Assembly (NCBI GenBank): GCA_051294905.1
Contig: CM119371.1
Location: 38,628,001 to 38,692,000 of the forward strand
Origin: Botryllus schlosseri
Taxonomy: Eukaryota
Direction of reading: 5' to 3'
Length of the DNA stretch: 64,000 nt
Positions 37,465-51,564 of the stretch are shown here, piece after piece (position 1 is the stretch's first letter; the number at the start of each line of letters is the position of its first letter). Made by a program: the position numbers and the translations under genes. The notes beneath the pieces are model-generated. The model was not told the origin of the DNA, did not search any database, and worked only from the letters and a program-made list of their open reading frames with translations.

Positions 37465-37995
37465 CGCATCAAAAACATGTTCCGAGCGTTATTAGATCAC
37501 GCACATTGGACTCTCGTGAAGACGCAGCCGTAACTGATCTGCGATTACTAGAACGTAATCAGGACATGGCTATGAACTCTGCATTCGGCAAGCATTTGGC
37601 TGAGAATGCAACTTGCGCTAAAAACCATCACGATGAAAGATTTTCTATATTGGGTAGAGGCCGCACTTATTTCCATCTGTCTGCACTGGAATCGACTTAT
37701 ATTAAAATCCACCAACCGCGCTTGTGTCAGCAGAAGGAATTTTTAGTGAATCTAAAAATTGGCCACTAGCTGCGCTCGCGGTTTGCCTGTATTTCATGTT
37801 ATTTGTTTCTATGACGTCATAATTGGTTGTTTGCAATGTAGCTAGATGCATGTTTTTGAAATTCTCCATTTGCTGACGATTGCCCTTGAGAAGTGTCAGC
37901 TCAAAAAGCTTCGGGTTTTAATATATTTTACTATGAATATATTTTATTAAAATGTATATTAAAGTTCTGTACCCCAAAGATTCTCTTCAAATATT
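37465..37995 (+). mobile_element. 5'-truncated Penelope-like retroelement (GIY-YIG endonuclease C-terminus plus pseudo-LTR with decayed hammerhead)
   Basis: KHVPSVIR...SAFGKHLAENATCA...RFSILGRGRTYFHLSALESTYIKIHQPRLCQQKE is typical of PLE endonuclease tails. Downstream ccc-ttgagaa...aaaa-agct-tc-ggg mirrors the 5856 motif. Confidence 0.8.
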
Positions 37996-38063
37996 ATGAT
38001 TTTAACTTAATCGATATCATGATGAAATATCTTAGGAAAAAGTTTACCCAAGACTCTCTAGTC

Positions 38064-39280
38064 CAGGGGTTCTCAAAGGGTAGGCCACAGAGCATTTTGA
38101 GGTGGGCCACAGAGATATTTAGAAAATTTTAGAATTATTGTAACTTTAGTATTTCTTATATTATTCGCTAAAAATATATTCGTATTATCTAATTACGTAG
38201 GCTGCATAGCTACAAAGCTTTTCATCCGACCCTGATTAGACGTAGTGGCACGTGTGAAGTCAGCATGTACAAATCGGAAACGTTAGGAAGAAACGGCGGC
38301 TTTTTCTACTGTGGCTATGACAACCTACGGCTAACAGCAACTAAAATAATTTCAAGCGTATAATAACTGGAAGATAATGCTGAGGTAACCAAGTATTCCG
38401 GCAGCGTCATATGGCGTATGCCGTTAAAAGGGGTATGCAATGAACTCGCAATGAAGTGAAATTGATGCACAGATTTACTGTAGGCTACTTCGGCACGACA
38501 TATCATTGTAAGCTAAAAATAGCCATAATTGCAAATTATTAGGAACTTCTGGCGGAGGTATACTGCACCACCTACACGAATCCTAATGGATTAAGGATTT
38601 ATCGGAGTGCAATAATCTTTGAAGTCGGGTTAAAATTTCCGGCCTGGAAATCATTGTACATAATGAAACAGTCACAGGACTGGATCGTATCACTAGATTG
38701 AATATTCTGACATCGCAACTTCAGTTGCTCTGGTACAAGACATACAAAGTACATCATGCATATTGAAAAATCTTTCTTCACTTTCTTCCCCATCCACGAA
38801 TGAATTTTTCGATGCTGGCTCAGAATGAATATAATATTCCCAACAATAGTATCACTAAAGTCCCAATCACACAGTGTGGGGATCTGATCATTGTGTTTCG
38901 CGGCGCGAATGGAGCCGCGGACGAAAATAATATACTTAGGAGTTTTAGCTTCTGATCTACCAGGGCCGTAACTACCGCACCCACACCCCCAATTGAGGAA
39001 CTCGAAGGGGCCCGAGATTATGTCGTTGGTTGTTTGATGGAGGAAATCTATTCAACTTGAAAAAAAAAATTTCGCGCTTCGCGCCATTTCATGTTCCGGG
39101 AGCTCGGGATTTAAATATCATCAGTTGGAGAAAAATGCGCATATTTTGGAGAAATAGGCATATCGGCGCTGTCCATGACCACGCATTGGATAGGATTATG
39201 ACATTATGATATCAGGTGGGCCACGGCACAATTTTAAACCGGAAAATGGGTCACGGCCAAGAAAGGGCTGAGAACCCCTG
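38064..39280. mobile_element. Non-autonomous hAT element
   Basis: TIR CAGGGGTTCTCA / TGAGAACCCCTG; perfect 8-bp TSD CTCTAGTC. Confidence 0.9.
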
Positions 39281-39508
39281 CTCTAGTCATTAGATTTGCA
39301 CTAAGCATTTTATCAATATTTCAATTAAATCACTCGATGACTTCGCGGGCCGCGCAAAATTTCGTCACCTGCCGCATGCGGCCCGCAGGCCGTAGTTTGC
39401 TCAACCCTGAAATAAACATTTGCACTGCTTTAATTGGTTGATTTAAACTGATATTGCTTCTGCAGGAAATAATGTGTGAGTTTCAGCGGCCAAATTTACG
39501 CTAATAAC

Positions 39509-40064
39509 TAGGGATCGCGTGAACCTCTGAAACGTTCAGGTTCGTGTGAGCGCGAACCTTTTTAAAAAGGTTTCATGTGAACATGAAAGCGAACCTCTTG
39601 GCATCATGTGACGTCATATTGCCAATTCCAACCCAATCTTTCAATGAAGTGATAGCCTATATTAATGTACACGATATCTAGCGACGACTTGGACTACGTA
39701 TTCCTCTCGTGATTATGTGTGATTGCGGGTCAAGCTCGCAGCAAGAAATCACTAAATATTAACAAACGGAAAGCTGTATATTTTGAGCAAACTTTTGTAA
39801 AAAAGCAAGTTAAACTTTTGAGATTGTCAAGGCGCATGCTCGTTTAGTGTTGTTTTCTAATGCTGCCAGGCCATGCATAGAGTGGCCCGCAGTTGAAATG
39901 CAATAAATTTGGACCAAAGACGTCATAATGAAGTGAAAATTGCAATATGTGAAAAAGCTTCACAGTACAGAACCTACCAAGGTTTTGTTGTGAACGCGAA
40001 CCTCAAAATTTCCGAGGTTCACGTACAGAACGCGAATGTGAACCTCACATTCATACCATCCTTA
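39509..40064. mobile_element. hAT-type MITE with GAACC/GGTTC subterminal repeats
   Basis: Short imperfect TIR TAGGGAT / ATCCTTA; 8-bp TSD CTAATAAC. Confidence 0.8.
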
Positions 40065-43000
40065 CTAATAACTCATAATTCTGTGCGTTGTCTCGTTTGA
40101 CACCCGGGCAATAGTCAGCTAACATATGTGAGCTCCAATCTACTCTGAAATCATGCCCCCATCATCTTTAAATATTGAGGGATGCTTTCTCCTGGCCCAT
40201 CGAAGGTTTTCCGGGAAATTAGTAGGATATTTAGGCATTTTTTGAATGTCTGCAGTCCGACATGAACATATGGCAATGTTACATGCGTATAAGCGTTACA
40301 TTTGTATTCCTATTGTCTGACCACTAAGAAAACAAAAAATTTATAAGCTGATACTGCAAAAATCAATGTTTCTGTATTATTCACGAAGACTAGCTTAGTA
40401 TGCAAATGTTACAGTACTTAAGACGTTGCTATTTTAGAGATGTCATACTTTAGGATCCTTGTAAATATACCAATAGACATTTGACATTCACTTGAGTCGG
40501 GATTTCTATCTTCTCCAGCAACCCATGATAGTATAGTAATGCCAGTATCACGGCAATAAACAAATCTACCGAAAGTAGCCCTACGATGTAAATGCCGTTT
40601 TTCGTGATCGAAAGTGAGATATCTTAGCTCTTTTGCTAAGTATAATCTTTTCTAAATTCGCAAGAAAGCGATAATTTCCGAATATTTCTCTTTCAAGTCT
40701 CGAAGCCTGTGTCAGATCATTAACCGTGTATTGACGGACTTCTCTACTTTCTGAATCATCTTCGATTTCAAAATCTTTATCATTAGGCCTGCCATCCCTA
40801 AGATTTCAACTTGATCCAAAAAATCAAGCTTATAGGAGTTTCAAGTTACACTGCATAAGCTAGATGGGGCATTGGACCGACAGCTGATAGCAAAAGCAAT
40901 GTTTATTTTTTTGCCATATCCTGCAGTTTGCATCAGGAGTCTGAAATATCCTCGGATGACTGCATCCTCTTGCCAAAAATCGGTGAAAGCATCGGCCTTG
41001 GTCGATACCAGTACCGCTTTTTCCGAATATTTCAATCGATCCTTTGGCTACATAACTTATTATCCAATAAAATACTGGATTTCTATATGGTATGGAAAAG
41101 TAATATGGCTAAATTCGTGAAAATTTGCATATTTTGGCATATGTCATAGAGTAAAAACTCGATGTGATCAAAGAAAATCAGCGATATTTTTGGAATCAGC
41201 ATACCAAAATTAGCCTAAATCAAGTGCAAAATCTGAGTCAACAAATTTTTCGCTCAAAATTGTTGCCCAGTGCGATTGCACATTGATAAGTCCAATATAT
41301 TTTTTCATATTGGGGAAAACACGGAGCCTCCAAGTTAATTAGGGTTCTATGTTGGAGATAGTACGCGATTTTATATCGAGGTGAAGTCACAACGGTATGA
41401 ATGATGTGGAAAGTTAAATACGCTATGTAACGTTTAAGCGCCCACAAGACGAGGATATGAGGCTTAACCAAATTTACTTTTGAATGCCATTTACCTGACC
41501 ATCTGTATATTTTCCATAAGTTACAATTCACTCGCGAGAGGATTATAGGAGTGCTGAAAAGCAAATAATATGATATCGTAATATTACAATGTATTCTGAA
41601 AAATACAGTCGCAGACCTCGTATAGATTTCGTGAAATCTACATAGAACCGAAGACCGACAATGAATATAGATATGGACCGAGGCCTACGATATTCACGGC
41701 CTTATCTGGTACATTACGCCTGCAAAAGCTAACAGGCCGATGCTCACAAAACAGATATTCGTGATTATGTGCGATATCTCGTCTCACTACCAGATGCTTC
41801 ACCTCAGCTAAGCAGAATGTATTCGTACAACCGGTAAAATCAATTCAAGCACGTGAAGAAGAATTGGTGCACAACTGTGAAAAACACTTAATTTGAAAAT
41901 TATCTCGCCATCTTTTTATAGTGGCTATTCAAAATGAGTGGACTAATTTCCATCAGCTAATCCGTGTCAAATCTTTTTTTCGTTAACCGGTGATGTCTTC
42001 ATCCAAACTCCGCCATAGGCCCGTGTCAAGATAGAAACGAGTGGAAAATATATTCCCGCCTCTTTAGTCATACCTGGAATACGACTTTTCGAGATGTCAG
42101 AGTGACGAAATTTGCTACCGTAAATGCTATTATTCAAAAATTGCCAAAATATCAATTTGGCAGAGCTCGGCATGTTGTGGTTGGAATCGGGTGGAATTCG
42201 GTGTGCATTGTTTTTAGGCAACCTGACGATTTAGTCACGTAGCAAGCAAGACAGCTTTTGTGCCCAATGATTGAACAAATTTCTCATGTTGTATCTCATG
42301 CAACTATATAGATTCGCGATCTGTTGTGGTTGCAAGTCCAAATTTTAGGGAAACTACTGGAAAAATTTGAGACACGGTGTCGATCGCACTATCGATTTTG
42401 TTGTGGTATTACCCGTTGCATTCTGAGCCGCACATTACGGGCGCGAGCAACAGAGAAAGATGATGCAGCCCATAAAGAAATACCTAGCTGTAATTTGCTT
42501 CTAATATCCTCCGACTATACCCACAATAACTGACAGGAGGTCAGGAAATGATAGCATGCAACAATGGGATTTGCCCACCGGAAGATGCATCATCATCTTT
42601 AACTTAACTTTCGGAGAAACCCCATCCGTCCAATCTACCGGGAAATCTGATCCGATACTGAGAAGGTAGAAATAATATTTGATGGTAATATGTGCAACTA
42701 CTTAAATTTATGACGAAATAATAATTCACTACGGCTGGTGCGAGACAAAGTAAACGATCAGTGGGGCGTTGTAAGTCAAACAAGTTTTTACAAATGCGAC
42801 ACAACGAAAAAAGTTAAGGATACGCTTCCATTTTTCATTAAATTTATTTGAATTATTGCGCGTTGGAAAAAGTAATACATATGCACGATTTTCATCTGCA
42901 CTCCGTTTGTCATACGCACTTTGTTTTTTCATGGCACAATTGCCTACCATCCGGCAGGTTGAAAAGCGCGAGATTGTATCATATTCCTTCAAGCACTAAT

Positions 43001-43596
43001 ATGGACATTGTATTGCACGGATGAGGCAAGGGTTGGTTTTATTGTGTAAGTTTTCAGTTAGAATCTATTCTGCTTAGTAGACAACTTGCGCTAATAAATC
43101 CTAACGAAACGATAATACACTTCATTGCTAATCCAACTATGTTATCTTCGCCCTTAGTTTATTATCCATCGCCGATTATGCTTATTACTTTTTGTTCCCG
43201 AGACGAAGTGGTTGAAATCTGTCCGTGCGCGTGTTGGACAATATGGTGCATATTGACGGGACATCGTGAACCCGCTAATAGACTACTGTTGGACTCGCCA
43301 GCAATGGTATGGTAGCGTGTGATGCCAATTGAGCAGGGGGCCGACTATAGCTACGCACCTGCATAATCGTTGGCCCTATTGTAATTTTGTAGTCAATATA
43401 CAAGCGATAAGTAATTGGTGATATTGGACACTTGTGAGTCGCCTCATTTGTCACGTGACCGATCCTACATACCTATGCAAATTTAGAGATCAGAGCATTT
43501 GGTTTCAAGTATATAATTATAATTCATCCGACCAAAAAGACCATAAGATTGCATTAAAATGAGATGATAGGAAGGCGAGAGAGCGAGCCACCTTGT

Positions 43597-43846
43597 GGCG
43601 AGATAACGCAGTGGTATAATCCGCGGATGCAACACCTATGGGTTGCGGTCGACTTCAAGATTCCTATACGTAAGAGTTGGAGGTTTATCTAGGATCATCC
43701 TAGTCACCACATCCGCTTAGGCAGTATCTTACAAAAAGCCTGGAAGTGTGCCCTGCTATAAGTCAGCAGTTACGGAATAAAAATGAAGAATATCGGCCTG
43801 GTGAAATGACCATAGTGGTTGAAAAACACCATGACTACCTCAAAAA
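43597..43846 (+). mobile_element. tRNA-derived SINE (family 1); mirror copy at 56335-56588
   Basis: Head ggcgagataacgcagtggtat; body homologous to 11924-12202. Confidence 0.75.
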
Positions 43847-43849
43847 CTT

Positions 43850-44212
43850 GGGGAAGCGAGTGGCGCAGTTGTGGTTCGAATCCCGGTTCGAAATATATTC
43901 TATGTGTCGGAGGTTTAACTGGGCTCCTCATCGCTAATCTCACTGCAATAGCAGTGTCTCGAAAACCCCAGTGTGATGGTGAGCCGCGCCAGTAGGAAGT
44001 CGGCAGTAAAGAACAAGTCCGGACTCATGAAAGAGAGAGAGACTGAAGTTGAGAGCAAGCGAGTGTGGAAGTCGTCCGGAAAGAATACCAAAAAGCAAGG
44101 AATCTGAACATTACTGATATCATTGTCGTGGTGCACATGACCGATAAACATGGCGATAAACACCACTGCTGTATGTGTCAAATAAACCAAAACCTCAAAA
44201 CAAAACAAAAAA
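43850..44212 (+). mobile_element. tRNA-derived SINE (family 2) inserted in the tail of the family-1 SINE
   Basis: Head gggaagcgagtggcgcagt...ggttcgaatccc; AAACC/AAAAC tail; homologous to 50189-50563; absent from the mirror arm at about 56335. Confidence 0.8.
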
Positions 44213-45436
44213 TCAAACCCTGACTAGACCATGGTAATATGAGGCACGCACTCTCAGTGATTAGTAGCAGCAAATAATCTGTAAGCCGCAAGCCATTAAA
44301 ATGAAGTGACATGTGTCGGTAGAAGAACTTCTTTCTTGCACGCCATGCGTCATAGAGAACACAGTGATATGCAGCTAACCCATCACATAGCTCTTTGTTA
44401 TGCAAATCAAAGAGAATATAGAACCATACTACAAATAGTTTATAGCATGAATTCAAATCACCCTTTCACGTTTTGACGCGATATTGATAAAGGTTGCAGT
44501 AAAAATTGGTGTGGAAAATAAAGAAAAGTTGCAAAACGTTGCACTATAAAATCCCTCCAAAGAGCTTAAACTTCACAGTACAGAGATTCGGAATATCTAT
44601 GAAGCTGTCGGAAGCTGTAAAAAAAGTTGCAAAAACTTGCCTACTGATAACATGGAAGTTGTGCTTACACTGCTGGTGACACACCGTGGTACTTCATTCT
44701 GAACATTCTGTCTACATCACAGTTTTTCCTCATGCGCTTCTCGTTATAAGAACAACGCAATGCCCATGCAGTCTTGCTTTGACAGTTAGGATATTGAAGT
44801 ATACGTTGACCATGTAAACCTATTTATTTCATTTACCGTTTACGAGTCACAATGAGCAGACAATGGACAGTCTACAATGTTATAGGCCTATAAAGTAGGT
44901 TACAAGCTGTAAAATATCAAATTATAAGTTCACCGACAGTGCCAAATCTATAATACGAACGAAATGCAGGGGTCAAATTTTTTTCTACTTTGTAAACAAC
45001 TTTGACATGACAAAAAAAATCGCCCTACAAAATATATATCTGTATTCTACAGACTGGTCATTGAGCTGTGTTCTCACGTTAACCAAACCACTCGTCTGAT
45101 TTAAATATAACTCGATTATATTAAATTGCTTGTCATCCATTGGCGCAGGCGGCTTGACTTGTGTCTCATGGCTGTGTACGTGAATAGTGTATCGCATCAT
45201 ATCATTTCGTATCTACTTTCGGAGGTTTCGTATCTATTTTGTATTTTGCCTGATAATTATAGACTGAACCTATATAGTTATTTATGTTGTTTAACGCCTT
45301 TTTGCTTATATACTAAACTTTATGATCGCTCTTCGATTAAAAATAAATAACCACTCAATCTCTATTGCACACGGCTAACAAAATGCAACGACGATATCAT
45401 ACCTCGTACATCGAAAAGGCAGCATCACTTGAATTG

Positions 45437-45560
45437 CGACTTGACCCGTGACATGACTTGACTTGACTCAACTTGACTCGAGTCATCTCCAAAAATCGAG
45501 TAACTTGACTTGACTCGAGTCACCTTGGAAAATCAATTGACATGACTTGACTCGAGTCAA
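45437..45560. repeat. GACTT/GACTCGAGTC short-repeat array, probably the subterminal region of a decayed MITE
   Basis: Repeated gacttgactcgagtc units. Confidence 0.6.
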
Positions 45561-46188
45561 AATGTGCAATACCGTTTGATATGGCGTACGCTGCAACGAA
45601 ACCGCAAGTAATGCATTTAACCTTACTCAGAGTTCAAACTCATTTTGCGTCGGTATTCAGGAAGCGAAGCGAGAGAACGAGTTTGAGTTCGACTGGAGTC
45701 GAATTAATCACGATCTGTGATTGGATTCGAACTCAAAACGCGGCTTTTGAGCAAGAGTTTTCCGAGTTCAGCCGTGGGAAGACTCAAGGCCATACTCGTT
45801 CACGTTTTTACGGTTTGGCCGTGAATATAGAGTGGTAAATGGATTGTGAGGATGTTTGTTGCCCGAATTCACAGTTTCAATTGTAATATACTGCAATGTT
45901 ATGAGGAAATCATGTTCTAGTGCCGTATGGCTTCGTCGTTGGCTGCACACGCTATTGCAAAATCTGCGTACATTTTTCTTCAGAGAGGCTTCCAATGGAT
46001 TCGCAAAAGCGGTTAATTCCTCACAACGCCCTGTTTTAATATTGGCATATAAATCCTAACATCAAGATACGTAGATACGAATAAATGGCGGTGATGCAGC
46101 CAGAAAATACGCCGCATCAGCAGACAAATGGAATACACTTGACGCTTTATGAGTGTACGCAATTTTCAATCATCGCAATACCATAGAT

Positions 46189-48213
46189 CAGTGCTTTTCA
46201 ACCTGTGTGACGGTTCGCACTTGTGCGAATGAAAAAAATTGCAGTGCGAATGACGAAGGTGGTGCGAATAGTGTGAATGAAAATCCGGGTCAAGTGCGAA
46301 TGACGAAGGTGGTGCGAATGGTGCGAATGAAAATCCGAATCAAGTGCGAATGACAATCGTGATTAATTGCTAACTTTTCTGACGAGGAATAATTCAAATA
46401 AACTTAATAGGAAATTTAGAATCAGTGTAACTTTTGTAGTTGCGACGCAATTGTAAAAACTTAATACGACGTACCACTAATCGTAGCTCTTACAAGCCGT
46501 AGTGAATTGATATTCCCACACTATATTTATTACGTCACTAAAGTCTGGTTTGGAAGCTGGTGTAGTGGCAGTATAGAGATCTCTACAATCTCTATAGTGG
46601 CAGACATATAGTATATCAACCCGTCTGATCCTGCGACAGGCTCGAAAAATGATGTCAAAATGACTTTCTGCTTTCTTTCGCTAAACAATCACAATATTGT
46701 CGTAATAACTGTTCGATTAGCGCGAGGTACGAGGATAGTAGTAAATACCATCATCACAGCGATTCAGATCCGCAAATTTACTGTAACGTAAATTTTTACC
46801 CCTTCATGGTTATTAAGGTAGGGACCACAAAGGGTATAATTTTGGGTCGACACGGTGCCAGAGCTATCTTTTATTATGTATGTAATATTTATTGAATTTA
46901 TTGCAAAAAATCCTGCGATCGTTTTACATATCCAAGGTCACTGTGTTGGATAGGCTATTGTAGCCAATAAGCGAGACGCGCAGCAAATATGGCATATGGC
47001 ATGGAAATCATGGTCAAAAACCGTTGGGATGAACTAGTGAAGGGGTCTGCAACGAGCGAGTTCAGGCCTATGAGACTCATTCACTTCGAGGCCAACCCCT
47101 TCTGCGTCGGGACACATGAAGACGTAGTAAAGTTTTGGCGAATAAACCGCTGATAAAATGCGGTGGCAAAACATGAGCAACGACAAAACCTCGGTCTAAA
47201 AATTACCGATGCTGGATGGCCAAACCTTTCGAGATGGATTGGATATGCTCCGTTGTCGGCACGGAATAGTTGCGTTCTTGCCATCCGAGTAGACAGTATA
47301 GTACAGCTGTGATACGCCTATGAATTTAATTCGCCCTAATTTGAAATCGCGTACGTCAGACATGTGTTGTAGAGCTGTGTTGGTTAGAATTGTGATGTGC
47401 GCGTTCTGTATGTCATACATGCCCGTAACATCGTAGCATACAACTGTATTATTAAATATATATTCCTCTTCATGGGCGAGGCTCAGGTCGCGAGATGCCA
47501 CAAAAACTTTGGTGGTAGTGTAAGAGCTGGTATACCGTTATTAAACTGTTATGAATTAGATTGTAGATTGTAGATTAGATAGATATTAGATTGTTAGATT
47601 GAGGTGAAGAGTAGAACACGCAGTACCATGAGTTATTTGATCTTCTCATAAACTTGCTAGACAGAAGTTGGAGCAACATATCATAAGGTATCGAGCTCTA
47701 ATGTACAAACTCTCCTTGATCGTTTTGCACCTTATGTTCCAAAGACATAAGGCGAAAGCCTCAACACAAACATGTTGGTTTTTCATCCTTTCGGCAAACT
47801 GGAGCTTCGCGGGACCTTTGTGTCAGCTCTCAAAAACGATTTCTGCCAGCAAGCATTTTTCACTCGCGAAAAATACGCTGTATTTTGGGTAGGAGTGCAG
47901 AACAGATTTTAAGACCTTGCCATCGAAGCATTAGTAGAGCTTCTTGTAGGCCTACAAATTCCGAACAACATTGTTTGGTCGAGAAGGGTTGTATTGAAAT
48001 AGTTGGAAGTAAAACGAGCGAAAAAAGTTGCCTTTTTAATGAGACATTTGATAGCTTAAGCTACATAGTTATCCAATTTGTTGCACATCTGAACAAAATG
48101 TTGAGCAGGCCTATCTTCATCTTTTTGTATAACAATTTACGATTAGTTTGTGCGAATGAAATTTATTTCCCAAAAAAAGTGCGAATGGAGCTCAAAAAGG
48201 TTGAAAAGCACTG
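46189..48213 (+). mobile_element. Internally deleted hAT element with GTGCGAATG repeats and possible transposase C-terminal relic (about 47800-48030)
   Basis: TIR CAGTGCTTTTCAACCT / AGGTTGAAAAGCACTG; gtgcgaatg array at 46223-46333; decayed ...FW...AL...LVEKG pattern; no clean TSD. Confidence 0.75.
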
Positions 48214-49588
48214 CAGATAAAACCACACGTCCCCGTTTATGACGAAAATATCGACAACGCGGTACCATTACATATCATCAGTAATCCAAGAAATATCTGC
48301 TTTTAGGCCTGAAGACTTCAGTATGAAGTCTGCTGTTTCATTATTTGAAAATATATGCTTTGGCTACTGCAGTATGTCAAATAGTCATTAAATTGGTATT
48401 GAGCTTGGGAGGTATTATAGATTTTTACCGATATGGTGAGAATGGTATATGCGGCGAGCTATACTAAGGGTTGCATTCAGGACACAAATCAATTAGAAAT
48501 AAAAATGTTTAAAACATGACTCTAATTTAAAACATGATTTTTATCGTTTTGGTAAAGTCATAACGTCACAAATGTTGAATTGTGACGTCATAGTTGGTTG
48601 TCATTGACCAATATAGGGTAGACATATAGCTCCATTGGTGAAATATCTCTACTATTAATGTTGAACCTACTATTTCAAGGGTTCTAACCATCCCATATCG
48701 ATAAATACGTCGGTTATATCGGGTGGTAATTGTGCTTATAGGCACATGTTTTTGGAAAGTATTTACGCAATTATGGCATAATTTTAAAACTTAAAAACAC
48801 ACCATATTTTTAAAAGTCCAAAACACCGTTTGTTCAAATGCAATCCTTGCTATGCTCGATTAGTTTGAGCTATATTGATAGTACGGGTGGTTATTACAGA
48901 TAGCACGATGTTAATTCGTCTATGCATCCAGTGTATAATCCTGATATAATGCGTTGACGTGAAGGCAATATCAGGTAACCAACATCACATCTGAAATCAC
49001 TGATTCCCAGATCGCCAGAAATTACAGAGGTGGTCAAGGTAGTCAAGAAAGCTACTCAAGTAAAAGTAGAAGTAGCGACGGAAAAATATACTCAAGTACG
49101 AGTAGAAGTACTTCTTCCATGATCAACCTAAAACTACTTGAAGTATAAGTAGAATTGACTGACTTTAAAAGTACTCAAGTAAGTAGTTGAGAAAACGATC
49201 CTAATTCGTTCACATGGATTATAAAAAGGTGCAAATTGAGCTAGGCGAAAAGTGGCGAGCTTGATTCATATTGATGCATACCAGCAGGTATCCAATTTTC
49301 GATAGCATAAGCATTCGTCCACATCATGGAATGAAAATGATATTATTGATATGAAAATGCGATACTAATCATCTGTTTACTCAAACAGCACGTTTTAGAA
49401 AATATCATGATATTGCGCACTGCCCCATATCATAAGGCCTGTAGTTTAGTCGAAGAGCAATACGAAGATGTTGTGTTGGATGCGGAGTAAACACTTTGTG
49501 TGATTAGTAAAGATCAATAAAAAATATGGTGTACCGTGAAAATGCTATATTGTGTAGCTTTATTTCTGGAAATTAAAGGCATTACTAA

Positions 49589-50098
49589 TAGGGCTGGGCA
49601 CAATCATTCGATTACTCGAATCTGAATCGAGTATTAATTTTAGTGAGTGGAGTCGAGTAGTAAAATATGATTTTTTCGAGTACTGAAATTATACGCTCCT
49701 CACCACTGAAAGTTAATTTACTAACGAGAATTGTAATTTTGATACTATTTCCCACTGAGAAAGCCTTCAAACATTGATTGGACGTGTCGCAGCATACGAG
49801 TCATTGTACAAAGCTACGAACGTTACTGGAAATAACACATTTCCGAAGTCATGATCATCCCACATTGTCAAAAAGTACTATGAAATCGTTATGGTCAAAA
49901 AATTACCGAAGATTCTTTAATGTGACGGCTAACTGGCATTATGGTATTTGTGGCATAAAAGGTACATATTTGAGGCTTTGATATAGTAAATTCCGCTGTG
50001 ACGTCATAATGAGTGATACTCGAATAATCGACTAGACTCAAAGCGTAAGACGTGATTCAGAATCGAATCACCCAGGTACTCGATTTGGCCCAGCCTTA
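49589..50098. mobile_element. hAT-type MITE nested in 49025-51209
   Basis: TIR TAGGGCTGGGC / GCCCAGCCTTA; 8-bp TSD ATTACTAA. Confidence 0.85.
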
Positions 50099-50188
50099 AT
50101 TACTAACCACATGTTTTTATACTTCAAGATGTACGGTATGCATGCAAAAGAACTGATATTAATTAGAAATCGAAATATATGGTACTGG

Positions 50189-50563
50189 TTTGGTTTGGTT
50201 TATTACACACATACAAAAGTGGTGTTTATCGCCTATTAAGGTCATGTACACCACGACAATGATATCAGTAATGTTCAGGGTCTTTGCTTTCGTATTCTTT
50301 CCGGATGACTTTCACACTCGTGCGCTTCCAGCTTCGGTCTCTCTCTCTTTCATGCATCCGGACTCGTTCTTTACTGCCGACTTGTTACTGGCGCGGCTCA
50401 CCATCATACTGGCCTTTTAAAGACACTGCTATAGCAGTGAGGTTAGCGATGAGGAGCCCAGATAAACCTCCGACACATAGAAGTTGCTCCGAACCTTGAT
50501 TCGAGCCACTGCCATTGGTGTCGTGACGCTGGCGCTTAACCAACTGCGCCACCCGCTTCCCCA
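50189..50563 (-). mobile_element. tRNA-derived SINE (family 2)
   Basis: A box tggcgcagttggtt; (AAACC)n tail; 12-bp TSD ATATGGTACTGG. Confidence 0.88.
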
Positions 50564-51564
50564 ATATGGTACTGGGAATTGAAGGTGAAATATTAATCAA
50601 AAAACGGAACATGTATTTAATGTCTTTAGTCCAGAAAGTTTCGAAGGTTGGTATGCTAAAACAGCTTTAAAACTAAGAAAAAAGTCAGATCCACTTTCCC
50701 AGATTAGGACACGCCATGGACAGCTATATTACGGTATGATAAGTAATTGCTAGATTGCGAAACATCAGTTTCAGACGTTATGATAAGCCATATATACTGT
50801 GATGAAGTATTTGATATGGCGAAGGGCGACAATGCGGTGTGAACGGAACCACGCCAACCCGCTACCTAAATTATATTCACCGATATTTTCCTGAAATCAT
50901 ACTGGATACTCCGCAGTCACTGCGCGTGAAGCGCGACGAAAATACTGGGCTTAAATCAACTTTAATGAAAATTAAATGTCGATAATCCGTGAAAACAGCC
51001 CCGAAATTTCTAAGGCCTTCTTCCTGATTGAAAGATTAAACTACTTCTACTTGACAAACTGAAAATAGCAAAAAGTTAGTAAGTAGATCACAAAATATTA
51101 TGAAGTAGAAGTCGTGAAATTCAGATATTAATGAGTAAGTACCGGAAGTAGATGAAAACTACTTGAGTACTTCGAAAAAGTAGCAGTACTTCGTTACTGA
51201 CCACCTCTGCAATTACCAAACCGCTGACGTTTCTGAGCAGTCATCAGCTTTAAAATCTATAGAGTAAAGAGTAGACTAAAAACTGAGTTAAGCTTGAAAT
51301 CTTAACTGAATACCAAACGCTTTCTCGAATTGAGCTGGACTCAGCTTATGTTCCGTTAGGCACGACTTGAGTTTGTGATAAAGACGTGTCTCTGAATAAA
51401 GGATTAACAATAAAAGCAGCCTCTTCTCACAAAAAAATACAATATAAATGGCCTCCTCGTTTCAGCAGCATACTACCCTGTTCGCATTACAGTTATTGAA
51501 CGAGGACAACTACATACGTTTCTGAATATATTGCACAGAGAACGTAATAGAACACAAGTCGCGA

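Larger units (their letters stand above)
40534..44325 (+). repeat. Left arm of an older inverted duplication; partner about 56207-60750
   Basis: Reverse-complement matches throughout (e.g. 40541-40590 vs 60700-60750). Mirror ORFs 41238-41564 vs 60147-60347 and 42729-42992 vs 57181-57462. Visibly more diverged than the 1-37 kb pair, with arm-specific insertions. Confidence 0.93.
49025..51209. mobile_element. Diverged copy of the 13976-15245 hAT element (opposite orientation) with a nested MITE and SINE
   Basis: TIR CAGAGGTGGTCA / TGACCACCTCTG; colinear inverted similarity to 13976-15245. Confidence 0.85.
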
